Shown: piece after piece, positions 45,471 through 55,096 of the stretch
How the letters are laid out: each line of letters opens with the position of its first letter
Position numbering within the stretch: the first letter of the stretch is position 1
NCBI GenBank assembly: GCA_016200495.1
Contig: JACQES010000074.1
Location: 177-64,176, forward strand
From: Gemmatimonadota bacterium
GTDB lineage: Bacteria; Gemmatimonadota; Gemmatimonadetes; Gemmatimonadales; Gemmatimonadaceae
Direction: 5' to 3'
Length of the DNA: 64,000 nucleotides
Made by a program: the position numbers and the translations under genes
Notes under the pieces: generated by a model
The model's database searches: none
Told to the model about the DNA's origin: nothing
The model's input: the letters and a program-made list of their open reading frames with translations, nothing else

Positions 45471-45520
45471 TGCACGCCCTCGGTGTGCCCGGTGTGCTCG
45501 GTGGTGCAAGCTTTCTCGAA

Positions 45521-46762
45521 TCAACTCGCGGGCGGCGCCACCGGCGCCTCCCCCACCGGCTTCCGATCCTCGTGCGGATCCGGCGCCGGCGCCTTCACCT
45601 GCATGCTCTCGTCCACCACCGCCACGCGCTTCTCCCACGTGTTGATCATCCCCGTGAACGCCTTCACCACGTCGGGATCGAAGTCGTGCCCGATCCCCTT
45701 CTGGATGTGCCCCACCACCCGCTCCGCCTCCCACGCCTCGCGGTACGGCCGGTTGGTGCGCAGCGCGTCGTACACGTCGCACACGTGCACGATCTTGCTC
45801 GCCTGGTGGCAGTCGCGCCGGAACCGCATGCTCGGGTACCCGCCGCCGTTGAGCATGATGTGGTGCTCGTAGGCCACGATCGCCGCGACGTCGAGCTGCC
45901 GGTCGCTCTCCACGATGATCTTGGCCCCGTCCACCGGGTGGCGCCGCATCACCGCGAACTCCGCGTCGCTCAGCTTCCCGGGCTTGTTCAGGATCTCCTT
46001 CGGGATCCGCACCTTGCCCAGGTCGTGCAGCAGCCCCGCCACCCCGAACGACCGCACGTCCTTGGGGCCCATCCCCATGAACTCGGCCAGCGCCATCGCC
46101 AGCACGCTCACGTTGAGCGAGTGCGTCGTGGTGTACTCGTCGAACTCGCGCAGCTGCAGCAGCGGGATCACGATCTGGTTGTCGCCGTGCATCGCCATCG
46201 AGAGCGAGCGCACCACCGTCTCCGCCTCCATGAGCGGCAGCTCGCCCCGCGTCATCACTTCCTCGTGCATCCAGCGGATCGTCTCCGCTTCCTCGCCCAG
46301 GGTGTACGCGATCGTCGCCGTCGGCAGCATCTGCGACTCCGGCTTGAGCGTCCCCTGCTCGCCCCGCACCCCGATCGCGCCGAACTTGATGCTCGTCCGC
46401 CGCTCCGTGCGCACCCCCGACGTGTCGATCGCCTGCATCGTGAGCCGCGCCAGCACTTCGCTCAGGAACACCTCGAAGTCCTCGCGGCTCACGTCCGCGT
46501 CGAACTCGAGCCGCTGGATCCCCGCGTTGGCGAGCCGCGTCCCCCAGTCCCAGTCCGACAGCTCGCGGATCGACACGTTCCCGTACACCACCTCGGTGCC
46601 CAGGAACGAGAAGAGCGGTCGCGGGTCCTTGGCCTGCAGGTCGCGGAGCCGCGCGTACGCCTTGTCCGTCGAGCGCTCGCGCGCCGGGTGCCCGTCGCGA
46701 TAGAGCACCATCGTCGACAGCGCCTGCGCGAAGTTCGTGAGGAAGAGGGCGGCCGGGGTCAT
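45521..46762 (-). CDS. HD-GYP domain protein (predicted cyclic-di-GMP phosphodiesterase) with an N-terminal sensor-like domain
   Basis: 413-aa ORF. Motifs: HSLNVSVLAMALA, GLLHDLGK, HHIMLNGGGYP. The ATG overlaps the upstream stop (ATGA). Confidence 0.92.
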   Translation of the reverse strand: MTPAALFLTNFAQALSTMVLYRDGHPARERSTDKAYARLRDLQAKDPRPLFSFLGTEVVYGNVSIRELSDWDWGTRLANAGIQRLEFDADVSREDFEVFLSEVLARLTMQAIDTSGVRTERRTSIKFGAIGVRGEQGTLKPESQMLPTATIAYTLGEEAETIRWMHEEVMTRGELPLMEAETVVRSLSMAMHGDNQIVIPLLQLREFDEYTTTHSLNVSVLAMALAEFMGMGPKDVRSFGVAGLLHDLGKVRIPKEILNKPGKLSDAEFAVMRRHPVDGAKIIVESDRQLDVAAIVAYEHHIMLNGGGYPSMRFRRDCHQASKIVHVCDVYDALRTNRPYREAWEAERVVGHIQKGIGHDFDPDVVKAFTGMINTWEKRVAVVDESMQVKAPAPDPHEDRKPVGEAPVAPPAS

Positions 46763-48849
46763 GTGGGGTCGGGAATGGCCCGCATCGCCACCGAGGCGCG
46801 TCGCGTCACGGCCGTGCGGACCTCATCATCGCGCGACTTGGCCGCGAGCGCCAGCACGTCCTGCGCCTCCGGCTTGTCGGCGAAGTGCTGCGCCAGCGCC
46901 TCGATCGACGCCAGCATGATCGGCGTCGTGTCCGCCAGCTTCTTGCCGAACAGCCCCTTCTTCCCCTCCACCTTGGCCAGCAGCCACGGCAGCAGCGTCG
47001 GGCTCCGCGTCGCCCCGGCCACCTTCACCGCGAGCGGCTTGAGCGCCTCGGGCATCGAGCCGTCGTCCACGCGCTCCAGCAGCAGCCGCACCGCGTCCGG
47101 CGGGCAGCCGCGCGCCGCCGCGCCCAGCGCGTTCGACACGTTGCGGTCGTCGCCGTCCATCAGCCCGATCTTGATCCCCTCGTCGCGCAGCAGCTGGTCC
47201 TTGAACATCATCCGCTGCGCCTCGCGCCGGACCGTCGCGTCGGGGTGCCGCGCGTAGTCGAGCGGCGTGAACCCGTCGGGCCACGCCGGCAGCCGCGAGA
47301 TCGCCACGAGCAGCAGCCGCTGCGTCGCCCACCGCGCCAGCGGCAGCCGCGCGAAGATCGTCGGCGCCGCCTCCATCCCGATGCTCGCGATCAGGTCCAC
47401 GAGCGCGCCGGCCTTGCGATCGTCCGCGATCTCGAGCGTGTCGAGCAGCGGCTCCACCGCCGCGTGCTTGAGCCGGTTGACCACGCGCTCCAGCAGCGGC
47501 AGGTCGAACGTGTCCGCCACCAGCAGCGCGTGCAGCCGCTCGGGCGTCGCGATGTACTCGAGCATCGCCTCGCGCGCGTAGCTCTCCGCCGCCTGGTCGG
47601 CCAGGTCGAACACCACCCCCAGTTCCCCGTTGTCGGTGAGCCCGTCCACGGCGCGCCACACCGCGTCGCCCGCGCTCTGCACCTCGAGCGCCATCGCCAC
47701 CATGCGCCGCGGCTCCGCCGGGTACCGGTCCACGCCGCTGAACAGCGGCGACGCCTTCGCCATCCCCTCGAGCGCCACCCGGTACGCGTCCGGGTTCGGG
47801 TCGTCGAGCGACCACTCGCCGATCAGCCGCTGCACGTGCTCGCGCAGCGCCTCGTCCATCTGCGGCCGCACCGGCTCCTGCCCCATCTCCGCGTGCGCCG
47901 CGAACTTGGTCAGGAGCCGCATCATCGAGTGCGAGATCGTCTGCTTCGACGTGTCCGCCGCCGCCTGCACGATGTCCACCACCGCGTCCACCGACATCCC
48001 CGCCGACGCGTTCAGCACGAACTTGTTCCGCTGCATCGTGTCGCCCGACATGTCCATCAGCCGCTCGAGCGTCGCCGGGTTGAGCGACGCCACCAGCCGC
48101 GAGATCCGCTTCTGCAGCGCGGCCGCCTCCTTCCCCTGCTTCGTCTTGAGCTCCTCGGCGATCTGCAGCAGGTAGCCCACCACCACCTGGTCGTACGCCA
48201 CGTCCTTGCCGTGGTCGTCGATCGCCTGCGCCACCACCACCGGGTCCGTGCTCGGCAGCTCCTCGTCGTTCGCGGACTCCTTCGCCAGCGCCGCGCGCGC
48301 GAGCCCGATCCAGAGCGCCGCCGACCGCGCCCCGCCCGCGCTCCGCCCGTCCATGTCGTCGTCGTCGTCCCCGTCGTCGTCGAGCAGCTCCAGCTGCTCG
48401 AACGTCAGGGGAAAGAGCCGCGCGTGCGCCCACTGCTGCAGCACCTCCGGGTCGCCCAGCCCGAGCGGCAGCTCCATGCGCGAGGCGTCCACCGCCACCG
48501 TCGCCAGGAAGTCGGCCAGCTCGTCGTTGGTGATCCCGGCCGAGAAGCGCACCGCCCCCAGCTGGTGCCGGTGCAGCCGCTGGGCGAGTTCCCGCAGCAG
48601 CGGGTGGTTCGGGTCGGTCGCCACCCCCTCGATGATCAGCTGCCGTCGCGCCACGCCGATCGAGAGCGTCGCGCGCTCGTCCTTGAGCAGCGCCCCCATG
48701 CGCGACAGGAGCCCCCGGACCGCCTGCGAGAGCAGGGGGTGCCCCTCCGGGTAGATCGCGTTCTTGTGCAACGCGATCGAGAATTCGATCAGGAAGTCGG
48801 CCAGCTCGCGCGAGAGCGCGGTGCTTTCGCCGGCGCCGGGGGTGCTCAT
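46759..48849 (-). CDS. Large all-helical (HEAT/ARM-like?) protein; its N-terminal domain is homologous to that of the downstream HD-GYP protein
   Basis: ORF 46759..48975, with the ATG at 48849 ([40 protein letters not shown]...). Composition is normal and helix-rich across about 696 aa. An acidic run [14 protein letters not shown] is present. Confidence 0.82.
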   Translation of the reverse strand: MSTPGAGESTALSRELADFLIEFSIALHKNAIYPEGHPLLSQAVRGLLSRMGALLKDERATLSIGVARRQLIIEGVATDPNHPLLRELAQRLHRHQLGAVRFSAGITNDELADFLATVAVDASRMELPLGLGDPEVLQQWAHARLFPLTFEQLELLDDDGDDDDDMDGRSAGGARSAALWIGLARAALAKESANDEELPSTDPVVVAQAIDDHGKDVAYDQVVVGYLLQIAEELKTKQGKEAAALQKRISRLVASLNPATLERLMDMSGDTMQRNKFVLNASAGMSVDAVVDIVQAAADTSKQTISHSMMRLLTKFAAHAEMGQEPVRPQMDEALREHVQRLIGEWSLDDPNPDAYRVALEGMAKASPLFSGVDRYPAEPRRMVAMALEVQSAGDAVWRAVDGLTDNGELGVVFDLADQAAESYAREAMLEYIATPERLHALLVADTFDLPLLERVVNRLKHAAVEPLLDTLEIADDRKAGALVDLIASIGMEAAPTIFARLPLARWATQRLLLVAISRLPAWPDGFTPLDYARHPDATVRREAQRMMFKDQLLRDEGIKIGLMDGDDRNVSNALGAAARGCPPDAVRLLLERVDDGSMPEALKPLAVKVAGATRSPTLLPWLLAKVEGKKGLFGKKLADTTPIMLASIEALAQHFADKPEAQDVLALAAKSRDDEVRTAVTRRASVAMRAIPDPT

Positions 48850-49115
48850 CCGCTGCGGAGGGGGGACCGGGGAGGGGGCTTCGCCAATATCACCCCCACC
48901 ACGAGGGGCGGAAAGAGCCCGCCACAGAGGGAAATCGGGGCGCCGCGCGGACCCCGCGCAGTGCCCGCAGCGCACGTGCGGTCATTTCGTCCGTGACCGT
49001 CGCGGGTTGCGCGCCAATCGGGTAGCTTTCGCGCGCTTGCGAAGCCGCCCGGCCGTGGCCGTGGCGTGCGCCGCGCTCGAGCCACCGCCCGTCCTCCACC
49101 GCCTCGGAGTCCCGC

Positions 49116-49283
49116 ATGAGCACGCCCGATACCGACAAGAAGATCGCGAACCTCCAGCGCGCGATGTACTACCTCATCTGGAAGCGCACCGGCTTCGGCG
49201 AGCACTGCCTCCACTGCGGTCACGCCTACCCCGGCCACGAGAAGAACTGCAAGGCCGCCGAGGTCGAAGCGCTGATTCGCTAG
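49116..49283 (+). CDS. Small 55-aa Cys/His-containing protein (below the ORF-track length cutoff)
   Basis: My own translation: [55 protein letters not shown]. 50 of 54 codons end in G/C. GGAG lies at 49106-49109, 6 nt before the ATG. The gene ends 47 nt upstream of tkt. Confidence 0.6.
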   Translation: MSTPDTDKKIANLQRAMYYLIWKRTGFGEHCLHCGHAYPGHEKNCKAAEVEALIR

Positions 49284-49330
49284 CGCTCGACACCTTCTCC
49301 ACACAACCGAACCAAGGGGCGGGCTCCGCC

Positions 49331-51343
49331 ATGGCCACCCAGACCACGCTCGACCTGCTCTGCATCAACACCATCCGCACCCTCGCGATGGATGCGGTGC
49401 AGCAGGCGGAGTCCGGCCATCCCGGTACGCCCATGGCGCTCGCGCCCCTGGGCTACCGGCTCTACACGCGGCACCTCCGCCACGACCCGGCGGACCCGCA
49501 CTGGCCCGACCGCGACCGGTTCGTCCTCTCGGCGGGCCACGCGAGCATGCTCCAGTACGCCCTGCTCCACCTCACGGGCTACGGCGTCTCGCTCGACGAC
49601 CTCAAGGCGTTCCGCCAGTGGGGCTCGCTCACCCCGGGCCACCCTGAGGTGCACCACACCCCCGGCGTCGAGACCACCACCGGCCCCCTCGGCCAGGGGC
49701 TCGCCACCGCCGTCGGCATGGCCATGGCCGAGGCGCAGCTGGGCGCGACGTTCAATCGCGACGGCCACGCGATTCTCCGTCACTGGACGTACGTCATCGC
49801 CGGCGACGGCGACCTGATGGAAGGGGTCTCGCACGAGGCCGCGTCGTTCGCCGGCCACTTCGGGCTCGGCCGCCTCATCGTCTTCTTCGACGACAACCGC
49901 ATCACCATCGACGGCAGCGTCGACCTCACCTGCTCCGATGACCAGGGCGCGCGCTTCGCCGCCCTCGGCTGGCAGGTGCTCCGCCTCGACGACGTCAACG
50001 ACCTCGCCGCCATCGATCGCGTCATCGCCGAGGCCAAGGCCGACGAGTCGCGCCCCACGCTCGTCGTCACGCGCACGCACATCGGCTACGGCTCCCCCAA
50101 CAAGCAGGACACCGCCAAGGCCCACGGCGAGCCGCTCGGCAAGGACGAGATCGTGCTCACCAAGCAGGCCTATGGCTGGCCGTCCACCGAGCCGTTCTTC
50201 GTGCCGGCCGAGGCGCTCGCGCACATGCGCGAGGCCCGCGCCCGCGGCACGGCGCTCCACGACCAGTGGTCGGCGGCGTTCGGCGCGTACAAGGCCGCGT
50301 TTCCCGCCGAGGCGGCGGAGCTCGAGCGGCGCTGGGCGGGCACCCTCCCCGCCGGATGGGAAGCGAAGCTTCCGAGCTTCACCCCCGAGACGGGCGCCAT
50401 CGCCAGCCGCAACGCGTCGGGCATCGTGGTGAATGCCGTGGCGGGCGTGCTCCCCGAGCTCTTCGGCGGCTCCGCCGACCTCGCGGGGTCGAACCTCACC
50501 ATGCTCAAGGACGTCCCCAAGTTCTCGCTCATGAACCCCGCCGGACGCAACCTGCACTACGGCATCCGCGAGTTCGGCATGGGCGCGATCATGAACGGCG
50601 TCGCGCTCCACGGGGGGTACATCCCCTACGGCGGCACCTTCCTCGTGTTCGCCGACTACATGCGTCCCGCCATCCGCCTCGCGGCGCTGATGGGGACGCA
50701 CGTCATCTACGTCTTCACGCACGACTCGATCGGCCTCGGCGAGGACGGCCCCACGCACCAGCCCGTGGAACACCTCGCGTCACTGCGCGTGATCCCCAAC
50801 CTGCTCGTGCTCCGCCCCGCCGACGCCAACGAGGTCAGCGAGGCGTGGCGCACGGCCATCACGCACACGTCTGGTCCCGTCGCGCTCGTCCTCACGCGAC
50901 AGAAGCTCCCCTGCTTCGATCGCGCGGCCGGCTTCGCCCCCGTGACCGGGGCGCGGCGCGGCGCGTACGTGCTCAAGGAGGCCCAAGGCGGCGCGGCGCA
51001 GGTCGTGCTCATGGCCACCGGCTCCGAGGTGTCGCTCGCCGTCGAGGCGCAGGCGCTCCTCGCCAGGGACGGGATTCGCGCGCGCGTCGTGAGCGCGCCG
51101 TCGCTCGAGCTCTTCGCCGCCGAGGACGCGGGCTACCGCGCCACGGTGCTCCCGGCCGGCGTGCCGCGCGTGGCGATCGAGGCCGCGCACCCCGCCAGCT
51201 GGCATCGCTGGGTGGGTGACCACGGCACCATCATCGGCCTCGACCGCTTCGGCGCGAGCGCGCCGTACCAGGTGCTCTACAAGGAGTTCGGGATCACGGC
51301 TTCCGCGGCGGCCGCGGCGGCGGCAGCGCTGGTGGCACGGTAA
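49331..51343 (+). CDS. tkt: Transketolase
   Basis: This is the 3' part of ORF 48764..51343, with the ATG at 49331. Motifs: [84 protein letters not shown]. Confidence 0.96.
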   Translation: MATQTTLDLLCINTIRTLAMDAVQQAESGHPGTPMALAPLGYRLYTRHLRHDPADPHWPDRDRFVLSAGHASMLQYALLHLTGYGVSLDDLKAFRQWGSLTPGHPEVHHTPGVETTTGPLGQGLATAVGMAMAEAQLGATFNRDGHAILRHWTYVIAGDGDLMEGVSHEAASFAGHFGLGRLIVFFDDNRITIDGSVDLTCSDDQGARFAALGWQVLRLDDVNDLAAIDRVIAEAKADESRPTLVVTRTHIGYGSPNKQDTAKAHGEPLGKDEIVLTKQAYGWPSTEPFFVPAEALAHMREARARGTALHDQWSAAFGAYKAAFPAEAAELERRWAGTLPAGWEAKLPSFTPETGAIASRNASGIVVNAVAGVLPELFGGSADLAGSNLTMLKDVPKFSLMNPAGRNLHYGIREFGMGAIMNGVALHGGYIPYGGTFLVFADYMRPAIRLAALMGTHVIYVFTHDSIGLGEDGPTHQPVEHLASLRVIPNLLVLRPADANEVSEAWRTAITHTSGPVALVLTRQKLPCFDRAAGFAPVTGARRGAYVLKEAQGGAAQVVLMATGSEVSLAVEAQALLARDGIRARVVSAPSLELFAAEDAGYRATVLPAGVPRVAIEAAHPASWHRWVGDHGTIIGLDRFGASAPYQVLYKEFGITASAAAAAAAALVAR

Positions 51344-53132
51344 GGAACGCCTCCGCCAGCGCGGTGGCCGTCGCGGTCACCGCCACCGGCGTCCCCTTCT
51401 GCTCCTTGAACTCCGCGTGCACGGTGAGCGGCACGCCGAGCGGAAGCGCGCACACCACGTAGCGCCCGCCCTCGAGGCTCCTGGTGAGCCGGCGCGCCAT
51501 CGTGGCCGTCGGCGTCGCGGACGGCTTCCCCTGGTTGTCGATGTACCAGTTGGCCGTGACCAGCGCGCCCTCGATCCCGTCGGCCGACGTCGTCACCTTG
51601 CCCACCACCGTCCCGTCGGGAATCGCGACCCCCTTGGTCGTGGAGGCGATCGAGTCCACCACCCCGCCGCACAGCGCCTCGCGCATCCGCTGCGCGCTCG
51701 GGATCCCGATGTTGACCTCGATCGTGTCCCCCGGCTGGAACTTGACCGGGCGCGGCGGCACCAGCACGCCGAGCACCGCCACGCGCTCGGAGCGCATCGT
51801 GAGCTTGGTGGGCTGCGGCACCATGAGCGGGTTGTAGATCCGGAAGGTGAAGTGCCCCGTCGAGTCGGTGAGCTCGGTCCCGACGTCGTCGAGCGTGAGC
51901 GCCGCGTCGGTGAGCGGGCGCCCCGTCGTGCCGTCGAGCACCTGGCCGCGCACCACCGCTCCCGGCGCGATGCTCGACGCTTCCTTGAGCGGCAGGACCC
52001 GCGCCGTCCCCTCGCGCTCCGACCAGCCGCCCACCTTGGTCTCGAACCCGTTGTCCATCGAGTTGCGCTGGCTCCGCTCGATCGGCATCCGCAGCGCCCA
52101 GTGCCCCACGATCCAGCGTCCCGTGGGCAGCTGGAGGAAGTCGAGGATCGCACGCGCGTTGGGGAGCGCGCGATCGCGGTTCGGGATCAGGAACTCCACC
52201 TCGAGTTGCCGCAGCTCGGCCGACACCGGGTCGATCCAGAGCGTCCCCTGCACCTCGGTCACCAGGCGCGTCTTGGTCGGCGTGAACGCGATGCCCACGG
52301 CGCGCGGCGCGGCTGCGGTCGCCGCGCGCTCCACCGCGCGGAAGCAGTGGTCGTGCAGGAACGACGGGGACATGAGCACGTCGGCATCGGGCAGGTAGTA
52401 CTCGCGTTCCTCGAGCTCGCGCTCGGTCATGAGCATGTTGCCGAGGCCCCCCGCGCTCTGCGCCGCCACGCGCTCGCGCGACACGCCCAGCTCGGCGCTG
52501 ACCGCCGCGAGCGAATCGCGGAACACGCGCGCATACCCGATCTCCGACAGCATCGCGGGCGGATAGGCGCGGAATCCGACCCCCGACCAGGCGCGCGCCG
52601 TCTTGAAGGGGGTCGTCTTCTGCCGGGCGAAGGCCGCGTCGAGGACGTTGTCCACCACCGTGATCTCGAGCGGCGTCTGCCGCTCGCGCTCGGTGGCCAT
52701 GTTGGCCTCGAGCGTCGAGTGCACGGCCGACCAGAGCACCCCCACGCGAGCGTCGCTGGCGGGGTCGCTGGTGCACTTGGCCGAGGGCTCGATGCGCACC
52801 GCCGCGAGCTGCTGGGCGAACGGCGTGAGCCGCACGCTCACGTCGATCGAGTCGCGGGGCCCGAGGCGGAACGCCTCGGAGTAGCTCATGCCGTAGCCCG
52901 CGGCGTCGGCACGCACGATCCAGTTGCCGGTTGGCGCGTTGTGGTAGGTGAAGCGGCCGTCGGCGTCGGACAGGATCGGCCGGATGCGCTCGTTGTCGTG
53001 CACGAGCGTGATCACGGCGCCGGCGATCGGCGTCCGGTCGGAGTCCCGGATCACGCGGCCCGAGACGACCTGGGCGTGCGCGGGCAGGGCTACGAGCGCG
53101 AGGACGAGCAGCGTGCCGGAAGTGCGCGACAT
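51294..53132 (-). CDS. Exported carboxypeptidase-regulatory-like domain protein (tandem paralogue 1)
   Basis: ORF 51294..53300. The ATG at 53132 gives the signal peptide [44 protein letters not shown]...DADGRFTY is a CarboxypepD_reg-type beta-sandwich. The 3' end overlaps tkt by 50 nt (convergent). Confidence 0.82.
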   Translation of the reverse strand: MSRTSGTLLVLALVALPAHAQVVSGRVIRDSDRTPIAGAVITLVHDNERIRPILSDADGRFTYHNAPTGNWIVRADAAGYGMSYSEAFRLGPRDSIDVSVRLTPFAQQLAAVRIEPSAKCTSDPASDARVGVLWSAVHSTLEANMATERERQTPLEITVVDNVLDAAFARQKTTPFKTARAWSGVGFRAYPPAMLSEIGYARVFRDSLAAVSAELGVSRERVAAQSAGGLGNMLMTERELEEREYYLPDADVLMSPSFLHDHCFRAVERAATAAAPRAVGIAFTPTKTRLVTEVQGTLWIDPVSAELRQLEVEFLIPNRDRALPNARAILDFLQLPTGRWIVGHWALRMPIERSQRNSMDNGFETKVGGWSEREGTARVLPLKEASSIAPGAVVRGQVLDGTTGRPLTDAALTLDDVGTELTDSTGHFTFRIYNPLMVPQPTKLTMRSERVAVLGVLVPPRPVKFQPGDTIEVNIGIPSAQRMREALCGGVVDSIASTTKGVAIPDGTVVGKVTTSADGIEGALVTANWYIDNQGKPSATPTATMARRLTRSLEGGRYVVCALPLGVPLTVHAEFKEQKGTPVAVTATATALAEAFLTVPPALPPPRPPRKP

Positions 53133-53214
53133 GGGCGGGGGGATAGGCGACGGATGAAGATGGAGCGGCGCGCGCGCATGCGGAAATCCGCGCGTGCCGG
53201 GCGCCCGACGCGGC

Positions 53215-54981
53215 TCAGCGTGGCGGCGCCGGACCTGGAGCGGGATCGAGTCGGAGTTCGCCGATGGTACCCGGCTGGATCGTGATTGCCCCACGAACAC
53301 CGCGGGGGTGGTCGGCGCTGGCCGGCCACGCGACCGTCAGCTTGATGCCCACCGGAACACCGCAGGCAACAAAGCGCCCGTCGGGACCGACACGCGCAGA
53401 CACGAACTTGGCCCCGTCGCCAATCCGTGCGCCTACAACCACTGCCGATCGTAACGATTCTTTCACGCCACTATCGAGGTACCATGACACCATTATTGAG
53501 TCACTTACGCCTGAAGTGCCTCCATCTCCCCTCGGTACACTTCCGACCAGTGCCGAGGCACCCGCTCCCGTATCGGCGAGCGTCGGGCACAGGATGCTCC
53601 GCACGGCTCGAGCGTTCGGGATCGCCATCTCGACCCGTGTCGTGTCCCCCGGGATGACCGGAACCTCACGCGTCGGCGAGTCGATCCCGAGCCGCGCCAG
53701 CATCGGCGCCTCGACGGTCAACGTCGCCGGGGACGGGACACTGAGCGGGTCGTTCACCGTCATCGTGAAGGCGCCCGCCGAGTCGGTCGTCGCCTCGCCG
53801 GCACCCGCCAGGCGGACGCGCGTCGCCACCAGCGGGCGCATCGCGAGGCTGTCGTACGCCCGCCCCGCGATCACGGCACTCGGCGCCAGCCGCGCCGCAT
53901 CGCGCAGGCTGATCGCGCGCGCGACCCCCTCGCGCGAGCGCCACCCGGAGAACGCCACGCTCGAGACTCCGCCCACGGCGGGCCCCACCTCGCGCACCAC
54001 CGGCATGTTGAGCAGCCACCGCGACACGAACCACCGGCCGTTGGGCAGTCGCGCATAGTCGATCGTGGCGTCGGCATTGGGCAGCGACGACGTGCGTCCG
54101 GGCACCACGTACTCGAGCTCGAGGCGCTTGAGCGCCGCGCTCCGCGGGTCGAGCCAGAGCGTGCCGCGCACGTCGCCCACCGTGCGCGAGGGCAGCGGCT
54201 GGAACGCGAGGCCCAGTTCGCGCGCCCCGAACAGCGCGCGCCGCTCGTCCACCCGGAAGCAGTGCGTGGCCAGGAACGACGGCGACGTGATCACCGCCGC
54301 GTCGGGGGCGAAGTATGCCACCGAGTCACCCACCTGGCGCACGTAGCCGCGCGTCACCAGCTCGTCGGGCGCGGTCGAGAGGAAGCCCGCCCCGCTCCAG
54401 CTCCGCAGCGTGAGCTTCATGGCCGACGTGCGCTGCTTGAGCACGTCGAGCCGGTAGTCGGTGACCTCGAGTTCCAGCGGTGTGCGACGCTCGCGCTCCG
54501 TGGCCGCGCTCGCCTCGAACGCCGTGCGAATCGCGTCCCACACCTCGCGCGCGCGGTCATCGTCGTCGGGCCGGTCGCGGCACGTGCCCGGCGCCGCCGC
54601 GCGCACCGCCTCGAGCGTCGGCACGAAGGGCGGGAACCGGAGCTCCACGCGCGCCGTGTCCTGCGCGCCGAGCACCAGCAGGCGCGAGAGCTGGGGCGCG
54701 CGTCCCACCGCCTGCGCCTTCACGCGCCACGTGCCGGCCCCGCTCGCGCGCAGCAGGAACCGCCCGTCGGGCGCGCTCAGCACCGCCGGCGTCGCCGTCG
54801 AGTCCTGCACCAGCGTGAGCAGCACGCCAGTGATCCCCGTGCGCCCGTCGGCCTCGGTCACGCGGCCGAACACGCGCTGGGCGTACGCGATGTGCGCGGG
54901 CGCCAGCCCAGGCGCGAGCAGGAGGGCGCACGCGAGGCGTCGCACTCCGCGAGCCGGGCGGTCGCCAGATGCGACGGGCAT
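53215..54981 (-). CDS. Exported carboxypeptidase-regulatory-like domain protein (tandem paralogue 2)
   Basis: ORF 53215..55284. The ATG at 54981 lies ahead of a signal-like LACALLLAPGLAPAHIAYA. RVFGRVTEADGRTGITGVLLTLV is present. It aligns along its whole length with 51294..53132. Confidence 0.8.
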   Translation of the reverse strand: MPVASGDRPARGVRRLACALLLAPGLAPAHIAYAQRVFGRVTEADGRTGITGVLLTLVQDSTATPAVLSAPDGRFLLRASGAGTWRVKAQAVGRAPQLSRLLVLGAQDTARVELRFPPFVPTLEAVRAAAPGTCRDRPDDDDRAREVWDAIRTAFEASAATERERRTPLELEVTDYRLDVLKQRTSAMKLTLRSWSGAGFLSTAPDELVTRGYVRQVGDSVAYFAPDAAVITSPSFLATHCFRVDERRALFGARELGLAFQPLPSRTVGDVRGTLWLDPRSAALKRLELEYVVPGRTSSLPNADATIDYARLPNGRWFVSRWLLNMPVVREVGPAVGGVSSVAFSGWRSREGVARAISLRDAARLAPSAVIAGRAYDSLAMRPLVATRVRLAGAGEATTDSAGAFTMTVNDPLSVPSPATLTVEAPMLARLGIDSPTREVPVIPGDTTRVEMAIPNARAVRSILCPTLADTGAGASALVGSVPRGDGGTSGVSDSIMVSWYLDSGVKESLRSAVVVGARIGDGAKFVSARVGPDGRFVACGVPVGIKLTVAWPASADHPRGVRGAITIQPGTIGELRLDPAPGPAPPR

Positions 54982-55096
54982 CACGCGAGCCGAGCGGTCG
55001 CCGAATCCGACGTGCGTCACGCGCGCCAGGCCGTCGCCGCTGCGCCCCATCCGCCCCCCGTGGGAACCATTCGTCGCATCGCCGTCATGATACGCC

